Assembly (NCBI GenBank): GCA_965213705.1
Contig: OZ243913.1
Coordinates: 768,001-832,000 of the forward strand
From: Trueperaceae bacterium
GTDB taxonomy: Bacteria; Deinococcota; Deinococci; Deinococcales; Trueperaceae
Direction of reading: 5' to 3'
Length of the DNA: 64,000 nucleotides
A program made the translations under genes and the position numbers. Below the pieces are notes generated by a model. It was not told the DNA's origin. It saw nothing but the letters and a program-made list of their open reading frames with translations, and made no database searches. Positions 34,496 to 44,045 of the stretch are shown here, one piece after another. How positions within the stretch are numbered: the first letter of the stretch is position 1; every line of letters begins with the position of its first letter.

Positions 34496-35593
34496 GTTTT
34501 TCATTAGTTCGCCAAAGGCGCGGTAGCCGGTCAGGAGCGAGCCCGGCTCGAGCCACTCGCTCAAACGGTGCGCGTCGCCGCCGGTATACACCCCGAACGA
34601 AATCGCCGGCAAACCCGCCGCCATCGCCGCGTTGGCGTCGGTGCTGCTCGCGGCTTCGCGCGGCGCGACGCCGACGGTTTGCAACGCGGCCCGCGCGGCC
34701 TTTACAAGCACTTCGTTGTCGCTTTTGGCGGCGGGCCGGTCGCCGACCTGCTCGACCCCGGCGGTGACACCGTGCTGCCGCGCCACGCGTTTGACCGCCC
34801 GGAGGGCGTCGCGCTCCAAATGCGCCAACACGTCGGCGTCCAAGCTGCGCAGGTCCAGGTTAAAGCGGGCTTCCTGGGCAATCGCGTTCACGCTCGTGCC
34901 GCCCCGAACCTGGCCCACGTTGAGGCTGCTGCGCGGCTCGCGTGGCACGTCCAAGCGGGTAAGCGCGTGAACCATGTCACCGAGGGCGTGGACCGCGCTC
35001 GGGCTCGGGTAGTCGCCCCAGGAATGCCCGCCCGCCGCTTGCAGCGTTACCTCGAAGCGCTTCGAGCCGACCGCCCGGTCGACGATGGTGCCTAAGTGGC
35101 CGTCGAGCGCCACGACCAGGTCGTAGTCGGCAGCGCGCTTCATCAGCTCGCGAATCCCGCGCAGGTCGCCCAGACCTTCTTCGCCGACCGTGGCGGCCAG
35201 GGTCAACCGGGGCCGCGCGCCCCCGGGGGAAACCTCGGCCAAAGTTCGGGCGTAGGCCAGCATGACGGTCAAACTCGCGCTGTTGTCGCCGATGCCGGGC
35301 GCGGCGAGGTTGCTGTCCACCTTTTTTACGCTCACGTCGGTCTCTGAAGGAAATACCGTGTCCAGGTGTGCGGCGACGAGCACGCGAGGGCCAAAGCCGC
35401 CGGGCACTTGCGCGGTCACGTTACCGACGCCGTCGGTGCGGGGCTCGAGCCCGGCTTCTCGCAGCAGGGCGGCGACGAGGTCGGCTCGAGCTTCTTCGGC
35501 AAAGGTCGGCGCGGGCGTTTCGCAGACGCGGCGCAGCAGCGCCAAAAGCGAATCCAGGTCGGCTGAGGTGTCCGGTCGAACGGGCGGCGTCAT
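34478..35593 (-). CDS. M20/M25/M40 family metallopeptidase
   Basis: AAHLDTV, GDN, VGEEG, GGHS, STDAN, AH motifs. Confidence 0.88.
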   Translation of the reverse strand: MTPPVRPDTSADLDSLLALLRRVCETPAPTFAEEARADLVAALLREAGLEPRTDGVGNVTAQVPGGFGPRVLVAAHLDTVFPSETDVSVKKVDSNLAAPGIGDNSASLTVMLAYARTLAEVSPGGARPRLTLAATVGEEGLGDLRGIRELMKRAADYDLVVALDGHLGTIVDRAVGSKRFEVTLQAAGGHSWGDYPSPSAVHALGDMVHALTRLDVPREPRSSLNVGQVRGGTSVNAIAQEARFNLDLRSLDADVLAHLERDALRAVKRVARQHGVTAGVEQVGDRPAAKSDNEVLVKAARAALQTVGVAPREAASSTDANAAMAAGLPAISFGVYTGGDAHRLSEWLEPGSLLTGYRAFGELMKNLSGLS

Positions 35594-35623
35594 GGTTTTG
35601 AGGATACCCCAAGCCAGGCGGTC

Positions 35624-36289
35624 TTACGAGCTTTCCGCCAGTGAGGCGATGCCCTCGCGCAGCGCGTACAGGGCGGCCTGGGTGCGGTTGTTGAGCCGCA
35701 GTTTGGAAAAGATTTCCGACAAACGGTTGCGCACGGTTTTCTCGCTGACGTTCAAAGCCTCGGCGATTTGCATGTTCGAGGCGCCCTGGGCGAGCAGCCG
35801 CAAAATATCGACCTCGCGCTCGGTGAGTTCGCTCAGGCGGTGCTCCGGGTGTTCGGGCACGGCCTCTTTCACCTTTTTGAACTCGCTCAAGATAGAGGCG
35901 GCCATTTCGGCGTTGAGCAGCGTCTCGCCCTCGGCGACGCGGTGAATGGCGTCGATAAGGTCGTTGGCGTCGGCGTCTTTGAGCAGGTAACCGCGAGCGC
36001 CCACCTTGATGGCCTCGAACACGTAAGTGTCTTGGCGGTACATCGTCAGGATGATAACTTTGGTCCCCGGTTGCTCGGCGAGAATCGCCTTGGTCGCGGC
36101 GACGCCGTCCAAGTCCGGCATCTGGATGTCCATGAGCACCACGTCGGGCCGCGTTTGCAGGGCGTAGCGCACCGCTTCGCGCCCGGTCGCCGCCTCGCCG
36201 ATAATCCTGAACGCCTCTTCGGTTTCCAGGATGCTCTTTAAGCCTTGGCGAAACAGCGCGTGGTCGTCACAGAGCAGAATGCGCGTCAT
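35624..36289 (-). CDS. NarL/LuxR-family response regulator
   Basis: DDH, MDIQMP receiver; LTERE...KTVRN LuxR HTH; no adjacent kinase. Confidence 0.93.
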   Translation of the reverse strand: MTRILLCDDHALFRQGLKSILETEEAFRIIGEAATGREAVRYALQTRPDVVLMDIQMPDLDGVAATKAILAEQPGTKVIILTMYRQDTYVFEAIKVGARGYLLKDADANDLIDAIHRVAEGETLLNAEMAASILSEFKKVKEAVPEHPEHRLSELTEREVDILRLLAQGASNMQIAEALNVSEKTVRNRLSEIFSKLRLNNRTQAALYALREGIASLAESS

Positions 36290-36376
36290 GGTTTTATGCT
36301 AGCCCGCGGGCGGGCGTGTTACCGTAGGCAGGAACTATAGCCTGCTCAGGCTAAGGAACGGCAAACGAGGAGCAGT

Positions 36377-36853
36377 GTGGCCCATCCCAAGAACGAACTC
36401 ATCGAGCGCGCCCAGCGCGCCCAGCTCGGCAAACCTAAGTACAAAACCAAAAACGTCGGCCCCGAGCACGACGCCCTGTTCGTGTCCGAAGTGTTTTTAG
36501 ACGGCGAACTTGTCGGCCGCGGCGAGGGCAAGCAAAAACGTGACGCCGAGCGCCAGGCGGCCCAGGCAGGTTTGGCGTACCTGAACAACCAAGGCGAGCA
36601 GGACGTGCCGGAGGTTTCGGCAGACGAGCCGACGAACGAGCCGGCACTTGCCGACACCGCCGAGCTGCCCTTCGACGGTCCCTGGCCGCTGTTTCCCGAA
36701 CTTCTCGCCACAAGTTTGCAGATAGCCAACAGCCGCGTGAACAGCCGCGCGGCAGGTCACAGCGCCGTCGAAGAGGTGCGCAACCTGGCCCTGGAGCTTT
36801 ACAAGGGCGTGCTCGAGTCCTTGGGCGAAGTCGTCGAGGTGGACGAGGACTAG
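36377..36853 (+). CDS. Stand-alone double-stranded RNA-binding motif protein
   Basis: PKNELIE...GPEH..F...V...GRGEGKQKRDAERQAA dsRBM; no RNase III catalytic domain. Confidence 0.8.
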   Translation: MAHPKNELIERAQRAQLGKPKYKTKNVGPEHDALFVSEVFLDGELVGRGEGKQKRDAERQAAQAGLAYLNNQGEQDVPEVSADEPTNEPALADTAELPFDGPWPLFPELLATSLQIANSRVNSRAAGHSAVEEVRNLALELYKGVLESLGEVVEVDED

Positions 36854-36856
36854 CTC

Positions 36857-37405
36857 ATGTTCGCCGTGGAGCCCCGCACCTACACCCTGAAAAACGGCGC
36901 GTCGCTCGTCGTCCGCGAAGCTGAACCCACGGACGCAAAAAAGTTACTGGACTTCATCAACCGTGTTGCCGGTGAAACGGACTACCTGGGCTTCGGCGCG
37001 GGTGAGTTTGAACTCACGGAAGCTGAAGAAGCCGAGTTTTTAGAAAGTTGCCAAGCTGCCGACAATCAAATCTACCTGGTGGCTCTGGTTGAGGACGAGC
37101 TTGTTGGTACGCTGCACTTCGCAGGCGGCGGGCGTCCGAGGGTGCGGCACGTCGGCGAGTTTGGGATGTCGGTGAGCAAAGCGTACTGGGGGCAAGGCGT
37201 CGGCTCGCTGCTCCTGGACACGCTGCTCGAGTGGGCGCGGCAAACCGACATCGTAAAAAAAATCAACTTGCGCGTTCGGAGCGACAACGGGCGTGCCGTG
37301 GCGCTTTACGAGCGCAAAGGCTTTGTTGTGGAGGGCAGACTTACCAAAGAAATGTTTGTCGACGGGCGCTACCACGACCTTTTGGCGATGGGGCGCGGCG
37401 TTTAG
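36857..37405 (+). CDS. GNAT family N-acetyltransferase
   Basis: GMSVSKAYWGQGVG, N.RAVALYERKGF. Confidence 0.9.
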   Translation: MFAVEPRTYTLKNGASLVVREAEPTDAKKLLDFINRVAGETDYLGFGAGEFELTEAEEAEFLESCQAADNQIYLVALVEDELVGTLHFAGGGRPRVRHVGEFGMSVSKAYWGQGVGSLLLDTLLEWARQTDIVKKINLRVRSDNGRAVALYERKGFVVEGRLTKEMFVDGRYHDLLAMGRGV

Positions 37406-37410
37406 GGCGC

Positions 37411-38187
37411 TCAAGGTGTGCCGGACTCGAGCACGTCCCCACTCTCGATGTCTACCAGGGCGGTGAACAAACTCCGGCCCTCACCGGCGAACTCGACCGT
37501 CCAGCGCCCACCTTCTTGGGGTTCGGCGTAGGCACGCCAGTCGTCGACGCCGTCCAGGGCCGCGCCGATGCCCTCGGCTTGCCAGGCAATCTCGACGGCG
37601 CGGTCGCGCTCGACGCGGCGCGCTTCTTCCTCGTCGAAGGCGTTCGGGTCGTAGATGTCCTCGACGTAAAACCGCTCGCCGTCCCGGCTCAGGACGACCG
37701 TGTAGTCGTCTATTTCGCGCCAGAACTCGACCCACCAGCTCTGGTCGTAAGCGTCGTAACGCACTTCAAAGTCCCACCAGTCGGGGTCGACGAGGAGGGC
37801 CTGCAGTTCGGCGTCGTTAAAGACGAGTGTTTCTATTTTTTCGCGCAACCTCTTGAACGCTGCCTCGGACAGCTCGACGGGAAAGCGGGTGTCGAAGACC
37901 TCCAACGTGTCGACGTTGATGTGCGCGTAGGCCAACCACTCGTCGCCCCGGTAAAAGTCCACGTGCCAGTCGGTCGCGCTGTCGGCGTAGGCCTCGGCGC
38001 GCCAGTCGGGATGCTCCTCCAAAAAGGCGGCGACCTCGTCGTTTTGAACGATGAGTTGTACGGCGTTTCGCGCCCCCGGCTCGAGCGCGCGAAACGCGTC
38101 CGAGTCTAAAAACGTCTGCGCGAAGCTCAGGGTACCTACCAAAAGCAGCAGGGCGGACAAGCAAACTTTCAGCGTGACGGGTCTCAT
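37411..38187 (-). CDS. Secreted acidic hypothetical protein with three internal repeats
   Basis: Signal peptide ending SFA; repeated W.V(D/E)F units (WHVDF, WWVEF, WTVEF). Confidence 0.7.
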   Translation of the reverse strand: MRPVTLKVCLSALLLLVGTLSFAQTFLDSDAFRALEPGARNAVQLIVQNDEVAAFLEEHPDWRAEAYADSATDWHVDFYRGDEWLAYAHINVDTLEVFDTRFPVELSEAAFKRLREKIETLVFNDAELQALLVDPDWWDFEVRYDAYDQSWWVEFWREIDDYTVVLSRDGERFYVEDIYDPNAFDEEEARRVERDRAVEIAWQAEGIGAALDGVDDWRAYAEPQEGGRWTVEFAGEGRSLFTALVDIESGDVLESGTP

Positions 38188-38188
38188 C

Positions 38189-39493
38189 TCAACCGTTTCT
38201 TTGGGCGGCGAAGTCTCGAGCCGCGAAGTCTCGAGCCCGCACCAAGCCCAGCGGCGTGACCGTGTGGCCGGGGAAAACGTCGGCCAGGGCCGGGTTGCCG
38301 AGCCGGCCCGCGACGACCTCGGCGAGCACGTCGCGGTAGTCGGTGGTGATTCTCAAATCGCCGTCGACCAAACTTTCCGGCGTCAAGCCGGGCCAGTCGC
38401 CGAACACTTGCCCGCCCAGCGTGCCGCCGCCGAGCAGAAACATCACGTTGCCGTGTCCGTGGTCGGTGCCCGCCGAGGCGTTTTCCTGCACCCGGCGGCC
38501 GAACTCGCTCATGGTCACGACGGTGACGTTGTTCATGCGCTCGCCCAAATCGGTGTAAAACGCGTGAAGGCCTTGTGCGAGTTCCGTAAGCAGCGCGTTG
38601 AGGGTGCCGTCCAGCGTGCCCTGGCCTTCGTGCGTGTCCCAGCCGCCCAAGTCCACGCAGGCGACCTCGAGCCCGACCTCGGCCTTGACGAGTTGCGCGA
38701 CCTGTTTGAGGCCCAGCCCGAACTCGCCCTCGGGGTAATGCGTACCCGCGGCGGGCTGATAACGTTCCGCGTCCAGGTCCTGCAACATCTCAACGGTTTC
38801 GAACACCAGCCCCGCCTGCGTGTCGAGCAGGGTTTGGGGCGCGTCCAAGCTGTAGAGCGATGAGAGCGAGGCCTGCAACCTTTGCAACTCACTTTCGCGG
38901 CCACGAAAGTGAAAGTCCGCAATGGACTTTATCGCCAGCGGCGTCACCGGGCCGCGCAACGACTCGGCGACCATCGCCCCCATGCCGACCGCGCGGAAGG
39001 GCGAGTCGTTGTGCCAGGCGGCGCTGTGCAGGTGTCGTCCCAACCAGCCGCTGCCTGCGCCTTTGTCGCCGGGACGGCCCGTTTCCATAAAGCGCATCGC
39101 GTCGAAGTGGCTGCGCGTGCTGTCCGTCAAGCCGGTCGCGTGGACAATCCCGAAGGTGCCGTCGTCGTACAGCTCTTTTAAGGGGGCCAGCGCCGGGTGC
39201 AGCGCGAAGCGGCCGTCTAAGTCGAGGCCGCCCCGCCCCGGCTCGGGCGTCGCCAGGGTGGGCCGGGCGTCGAAAAAGTGTGCGCCCTCGGCGTAGGGCG
39301 CGACCGCGCTCAGGCCGTCCATGCCGCCGCGCAAAAACACGTTGACGAGCACGTCGCCGGGGGCTTTCTGGGCGCTGGAGGCGAACGCCAACTGCGGCAT
39401 CCAACTCGGAAACAGGGCGCGGCTCGCCCCCACCACCCCGAGGGCGGCGGCGGACTTTACTGCGGACTTCAAAAAGGTGCGGCGGTCAAACAC
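38189..39493 (-). CDS. DUF1501 domain protein (Tat-exported)
   Basis: DRRTFLK; FLRGGMDG, RSHFDA, GGWDTH, SEFGR, GTDHG. Confidence 0.9.
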   Translation of the reverse strand: MFDRRTFLKSAVKSAAALGVVGASRALFPSWMPQLAFASSAQKAPGDVLVNVFLRGGMDGLSAVAPYAEGAHFFDARPTLATPEPGRGGLDLDGRFALHPALAPLKELYDDGTFGIVHATGLTDSTRSHFDAMRFMETGRPGDKGAGSGWLGRHLHSAAWHNDSPFRAVGMGAMVAESLRGPVTPLAIKSIADFHFRGRESELQRLQASLSSLYSLDAPQTLLDTQAGLVFETVEMLQDLDAERYQPAAGTHYPEGEFGLGLKQVAQLVKAEVGLEVACVDLGGWDTHEGQGTLDGTLNALLTELAQGLHAFYTDLGERMNNVTVVTMSEFGRRVQENASAGTDHGHGNVMFLLGGGTLGGQVFGDWPGLTPESLVDGDLRITTDYRDVLAEVVAGRLGNPALADVFPGHTVTPLGLVRARDFAARDFAAQRNG

Positions 39494-39630
39494 GCGGGTT
39501 CTCCTTCCTTTTCTAAAACTGAGACCGTCAAACCGGTACCACCGAGTTCAGGCCGTTTGAGTCGACGCTGCTAAGACTGACGGCACCGAACCGACATCTT
39601 TCAGCGGCGCTGAAATTAGCGCTACCGAAA

Positions 39631-41106
39631 CTAGCGCCACTGAAACTGCGGCGAGGCCAGCATGAGTCCGTACAAGCTGCCGAGCTTGCGGCCCAACAGC
39701 TGCGGCGTCACCGGCTCGGCAGCGCCCGCCCCGTCCGAGGCGTAGTGGACGAAGGGCTCGAGCGCCTCCTCCGGCAGCCTAGCGCCGAACACCTGGTGGC
39801 TCACCGCCGCCACCAACGCACCGACCGTTTCGACCTCGGGCGTGCGTTCCGTCAGCCGGGTGCTCAGCCCGTAGCCCTGGTCTGCGTCGCTCAGCGCCCC
39901 GTGCGTGAGGCGCATGGCGGTGTTCCAGCGGGTCAACAGGCCGTTCGCCGACAGCCAAGCTCTAGCCACGTCGGGGTAACCGTCGGGCGGGTGCCAGCCG
40001 TAGGGCGTCTGGCCGAGCGCCTCCAGCAACTCTTCCAGCAGCCACCAATCGCGCACCCGCGTGCCCGAAGCGCGCAACGCGCCCACAAAAAAGTCGAGCG
40101 GGCGGCGCAACTTCTGACCCGCCGAGGCTTTGAACTCTTCCGACAAAAAGAGCGCGCGCAAAACCGGCTTTATCTCGCCCCCGGTCGCCGCCCAAACGTC
40201 GGCGAGTCTGTCGACCAACGACGCGGGCGGCGTGTCGCTGACAAAGCGGACGCACAGCTTGCCGCACACGAAGCGCGCCGTGGCCCTATGGTCGGCGAGG
40301 ATGCCCAGCACGTGCAGGCCGTCTTCTAAGCCCCGCCCGGCTGGCAAATCGTGGCCGAGCACCTTTTTGGCGTCGGTGTCGTGCTCGGAATCGTCGAAGT
40401 AAAAACCCGTCTCGGTGCGGTCGTGTATCGTCCAGCCGGTGAAAGCCCGCGCCGTCGCCTTGACGTCTTGCTCGCTGTAGCCGCCGTCCACGCCCAGGGT
40501 GTGCAGCTCGAGCAGTTCGCGCGCGTAGTTCTCGTTGGGCCGCTCTTTGACGTTGACGTAGTTGTCGAGGTAATAGAGCATCGCTGGGCTTTTGGCGGTC
40601 GCGGCCAGCAGGTCGCGAAACCGCCCCAGCGCGTGACGGCGCACGCCTTGCTGAAAACCCACTAAGTTGAGGGTGTTGTCGAAGTCGCTCGGCACGTTGA
40701 AGTGGTCCGACCAGAACTCCACCATGCGTTCCAGCAGTTGCCGCTCGCTGTAGACGGCCCGCTCGAGCATCCCCCGCACCAAGGCCCGGCGGGCGCGCCC
40801 CTGCGCGTTTTGCAAACTGTAAAGGGTGCGCCGGTTCATGCCGAGGATGGGGAACTCGGCGAGACGCGCGTCCATGTCGCGGTCGTCGAGGCGTTCAAAG
40901 TGCAGTTGTTCGTCCAAAAACGCTTCGGCACCGAGGTCGCGCAGGCGTTTTAGTTCGCCGGGCCGGGGTCCCCAGGTAAGGCGGTTGAGCAGGTGCAACT
41001 CGGCGTCTAGGGGTACGGTCGGGGGTATGGCCTCGGTCTGGGCAAAGCTCGCGCCCACGCCGAGCAGCGCGGCGGCCCCGCCTAAAAATTCGCGTCTCGA
41101 GGTCAT
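39631..41106 (-). CDS. DUF1800 domain protein (Tat-exported)
   Basis: SRREFL; HLLNRLTWG, FWSDHF, NENYARELLELHTLG, SPQF. Confidence 0.9.
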   Translation of the reverse strand: MTSRREFLGGAAALLGVGASFAQTEAIPPTVPLDAELHLLNRLTWGPRPGELKRLRDLGAEAFLDEQLHFERLDDRDMDARLAEFPILGMNRRTLYSLQNAQGRARRALVRGMLERAVYSERQLLERMVEFWSDHFNVPSDFDNTLNLVGFQQGVRRHALGRFRDLLAATAKSPAMLYYLDNYVNVKERPNENYARELLELHTLGVDGGYSEQDVKATARAFTGWTIHDRTETGFYFDDSEHDTDAKKVLGHDLPAGRGLEDGLHVLGILADHRATARFVCGKLCVRFVSDTPPASLVDRLADVWAATGGEIKPVLRALFLSEEFKASAGQKLRRPLDFFVGALRASGTRVRDWWLLEELLEALGQTPYGWHPPDGYPDVARAWLSANGLLTRWNTAMRLTHGALSDADQGYGLSTRLTERTPEVETVGALVAAVSHQVFGARLPEEALEPFVHYASDGAGAAEPVTPQLLGRKLGSLYGLMLASPQFQWR

Positions 41107-41480
41107 GTTTTACGCGCCGCAGCCTCACACATCACAGCCTCACACATCACAGCCTCATACATCGCGGTCTCACGCTCTTTGCTGTCGTGCGTCACGGGGT
41201 CGCGTCGCTCCTCTCCCAGACGTCTTGCTGCACCTTTTGTTATACCTTGGTCGCTCGAGCCCCAGTTTAGGGCCTGGCAACTTGCCGGCGGGTAAGAGAA
41301 GCGTGAGTGAGCAAAAACGCACCGGAGACCGGAGCTGTAAAAATCCGCGGTGTTTCGTGGCGGTTGTCTCTTAATAAGTTAACAAAAACTTAGCCGAAGG
41401 TTTGGGAGACACCGGCGACGCTTAGTTGAACCGTCCGGGCGTCCACAACGCTTTTAGGAGCCGAGACACCATGAACTTCT

Positions 41481-42902
41481 TTATCCTTTCAAGCCGCTGA
41501 ACGACGCCCCTTCGACAAAGTAGCGCTGAAACACGACAAACAGAACAAGTATGGGAACCATCGACAAAAACGCGCCCGCCAAGATAAGCCCCCAGTCGCC
41601 CGCCGCGCCGTAAGCCTCGCGGAAGGTGAGCAGGCCGATGGGCAACGTGTACGAGCCCCGGCTGGTCATGGTGACGAGCGGCCAGAAAAAGTCGTTCCAG
41701 TTCGCTTGAAACGTCAAAATGGTCAGTGCGCCCAGCGCGGGCGTTGCCAGCGGAAAAACGATGCGAAAAAAGATTTGCCAGGGGTTGGCCCCGTCGATGC
41801 GGGCCGCTTCTTCGACAGAGGGCGGGACGGACTCGAAAAACTGCTTCATGATAAACACCGAGCTGGCCGCGACGAGCGCCGTCGCTCCGGCCCCGCCGAT
41901 GATGAGCCCGGGCAAGGTGTTGAGCAAGGTGCTCATCCCGAACAGCTTGCCGAGCCCGAAAATACCGTCCCGCAAGACGAGGTAGTTCGAAATGAAGGTG
42001 ACTTGCGCGGGCACCATCTGGCTGAACAGCACCAGCAAAAAAAGGGCGGCGCGACCCGGAAACTGCAGCCGGGCGAGCGCGTAACCCGCCAGCGAAGCGA
42101 AAACGACCGCCGCGACGACCCGTGCGCCCGCGTAGACGAACGAGTTGACAGTCCAACGCCAAAAAAGACTGCCGCCCTGCCGGTCCGTCGTGTTGCGAAA
42201 CACGCGCACGTAGTTCTTAAAGGCGTAACCCACGAAACCGGGGCTGAGGTTGTCCCACGAGGCTACGCGCCCACGCCGTTCGATGCGGTCGGGCGGCAGT
42301 GTTGAACGCAACACGCGCGCGCCTGAGCGCCAAGCGTCGCCGCTCAGGGTCAGGTCGAGCGGCACCTCTTGCACCCGCGGGCCTGCGCCGTCGTGTTGCA
42401 ACGTAAACGTGTAAGTCACGGCCTCACCCGGTTCACCCGCAAGCTCGAGCGGTTCGCGCCCCGTTTCCCGAACGACCACGCTCGTGTAGCTAGCGGCGAG
42501 GGGCCGCGGCGGGGGCGACACCAGCCGGGCGCTGGCCCGGCGCGCGGGTACGCTCACCTCGGGCGGCTCTACGCCGACGCCCTGGGGAACGAAGTAAACG
42601 ACCTCGAACGCGAGGCTCGAGCCCGTGCCGAACCCGCCCAGCCAAGGGTTGCCGCCGCCCTGGACCCCCAGCCGCGCCGCCGTGAGCCAGTTGCCGGGGC
42701 TGAGTTGCGGCGGCCTAAAGCTGAACGGCCACTCGAGCGGGTTGTTCTTGACGCTCGCGGCAAAGGCGACGTAAAACAGACCCAGCACGAAAGTGCCCAA
42801 CACGAGCAAAACGCCGTAGGCCCAGGCTACCCGCGCCCAGCGCCGCCGCGCGAGCCAACGCTTGTCCGCCGCCTCTTCGGGGGGTGAGGCCCGGACCGTC
42901 AC
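41481..42902 (-). CDS. Carbohydrate ABC permease (MalG-like, large extracytoplasmic insertion)
   Basis: EEAARIDGA loop, WNDFFWPL, GLKG end; GTG 42902 overlaps upstream TGA. Confidence 0.88.
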   Translation of the reverse strand: MTVRASPPEEAADKRWLARRRWARVAWAYGVLLVLGTFVLGLFYVAFAASVKNNPLEWPFSFRPPQLSPGNWLTAARLGVQGGGNPWLGGFGTGSSLAFEVVYFVPQGVGVEPPEVSVPARRASARLVSPPPRPLAASYTSVVVRETGREPLELAGEPGEAVTYTFTLQHDGAGPRVQEVPLDLTLSGDAWRSGARVLRSTLPPDRIERRGRVASWDNLSPGFVGYAFKNYVRVFRNTTDRQGGSLFWRWTVNSFVYAGARVVAAVVFASLAGYALARLQFPGRAALFLLVLFSQMVPAQVTFISNYLVLRDGIFGLGKLFGMSTLLNTLPGLIIGGAGATALVAASSVFIMKQFFESVPPSVEEAARIDGANPWQIFFRIVFPLATPALGALTILTFQANWNDFFWPLVTMTSRGSYTLPIGLLTFREAYGAAGDWGLILAGAFLSMVPILVLFVVFQRYFVEGASFSGLKG

Positions 42903-43993
42903 GCGTGTCCCCGGTCGCTTATCCCGAAACGCCGCTGCAGCAGTACGATAAAAAGCGTCAGCGCCGCCAACACGAGGGCGGCGGCCGAACTCAGGCCGAT
43001 GCGGCTCTGTCCGCCTTCGGGAAACGCGCTCAAAAAAACGTAGTAAGCGAGGGAGATGCGCGACTCGAGCGGCGCGGCGCTGCCGAACAGGGCGACCTGG
43101 TCGAACAGTTGCAGCGTGCCGATAAGGGAGAGCGTGACGACCAAAAAAGTAATCGGTCTGAGCAGCGGCACCGTCACCCGAAAAAACTGCTGCAACGGCG
43201 TCGCGCCGTCGATGGCGGCCGCTTCGTAGAGCGTGTCGGGCACATCTTGCAAACCCGCCAAAAAAAGCAGCATAAAGGTGGGAATGGTCGTAAAAATGTT
43301 TTGCATGATGATGGCCCACAGCGGCACCGGCAAACCCAAAAAGGTCTGCGAGGTGTTGAGCCAGACCTGTTCGAAAACAACTTCTCGGGGGCTCAGCACG
43401 CCCAAAAAGCCGAGCGCGAAGGTCAGCGCGCCTGCACCCAAAACGGCCAAACTGAGCAGCGCCGGGTCGAGTGCCGCGGCGGGCAAGCCGCGCCGCCGCT
43501 CGAGCACCACCTGCGCCGCTTGTAACAACAAAACGAGCGCCACAAAGCTGAGCAGGTAAGGGCTGTAACGAAGGGTCCAGGTAACGGCGAAGTTGACAAA
43601 ACCGGCTCGCTGGTAAAGCCACAAAAATACGAGGGTGACGGCTGCGGAAGACAAAACGCTCGGCACATAAAACAGAGTCCTGAAAACGGTGATGCCGCGC
43701 AACCGCTGGTTGAGCAGGGTCGCCAAGACAAGTGCCAAAAAGGTCTGTACCGAGGTGACGATAAACGCGTAAGCGACGGTGTTTTTGAGCGCGACCAAAA
43801 ACAAGGGCTCGGTCACCAGCGCGACGTAGTTGCGGAGCCCCACCCAGCGCGGCGCGGTGAACAAGTCGTAGTCGGTAAAGCTGAAGTAAACGGTCCTGAA
43901 CAGCGCGTAGGCAAAAAAAACGCCGATGGAAAACAAAAACACGGCCAAAAACCCCAGCGCGTAACCCCCTTCGGCCCGACGTAGCTTGTTCAT
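42899..43993 (-). CDS. Carbohydrate ABC permease (MalF-like)
   Basis: SFTDY, GLRNY, YEAAAIDGA, QLFDQ. Confidence 0.9.
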   Translation of the reverse strand: MNKLRRAEGGYALGFLAVFLFSIGVFFAYALFRTVYFSFTDYDLFTAPRWVGLRNYVALVTEPLFLVALKNTVAYAFIVTSVQTFLALVLATLLNQRLRGITVFRTLFYVPSVLSSAAVTLVFLWLYQRAGFVNFAVTWTLRYSPYLLSFVALVLLLQAAQVVLERRRGLPAAALDPALLSLAVLGAGALTFALGFLGVLSPREVVFEQVWLNTSQTFLGLPVPLWAIIMQNIFTTIPTFMLLFLAGLQDVPDTLYEAAAIDGATPLQQFFRVTVPLLRPITFLVVTLSLIGTLQLFDQVALFGSAAPLESRISLAYYVFLSAFPEGGQSRIGLSSAAALVLAALTLFIVLLQRRFGISDRGHA

Positions 43994-44008
43994 GCGCCTC
44001 TCCTACTT

Positions 44009-44039
44009 GGGGGCTCGAGAGCTTAGCTCTCGAGCCCCC
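44009..44039. other. Intercistronic stem-loop between binding-protein and permease genes
   Basis: Perfect 14-bp stem GGGGGCTCGAGAGC/GCTCTCGAGCCCCC, 3-nt loop, no U-tract. Confidence 0.75.
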
Positions 44040-44045
44040 GCACCC

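Noticed and set aside
42903..43622. N-terminal extension of the 713-aa permease ORF
   Set aside because: Off-frame overlap with the upstream permease; the credible start is GTG 42902
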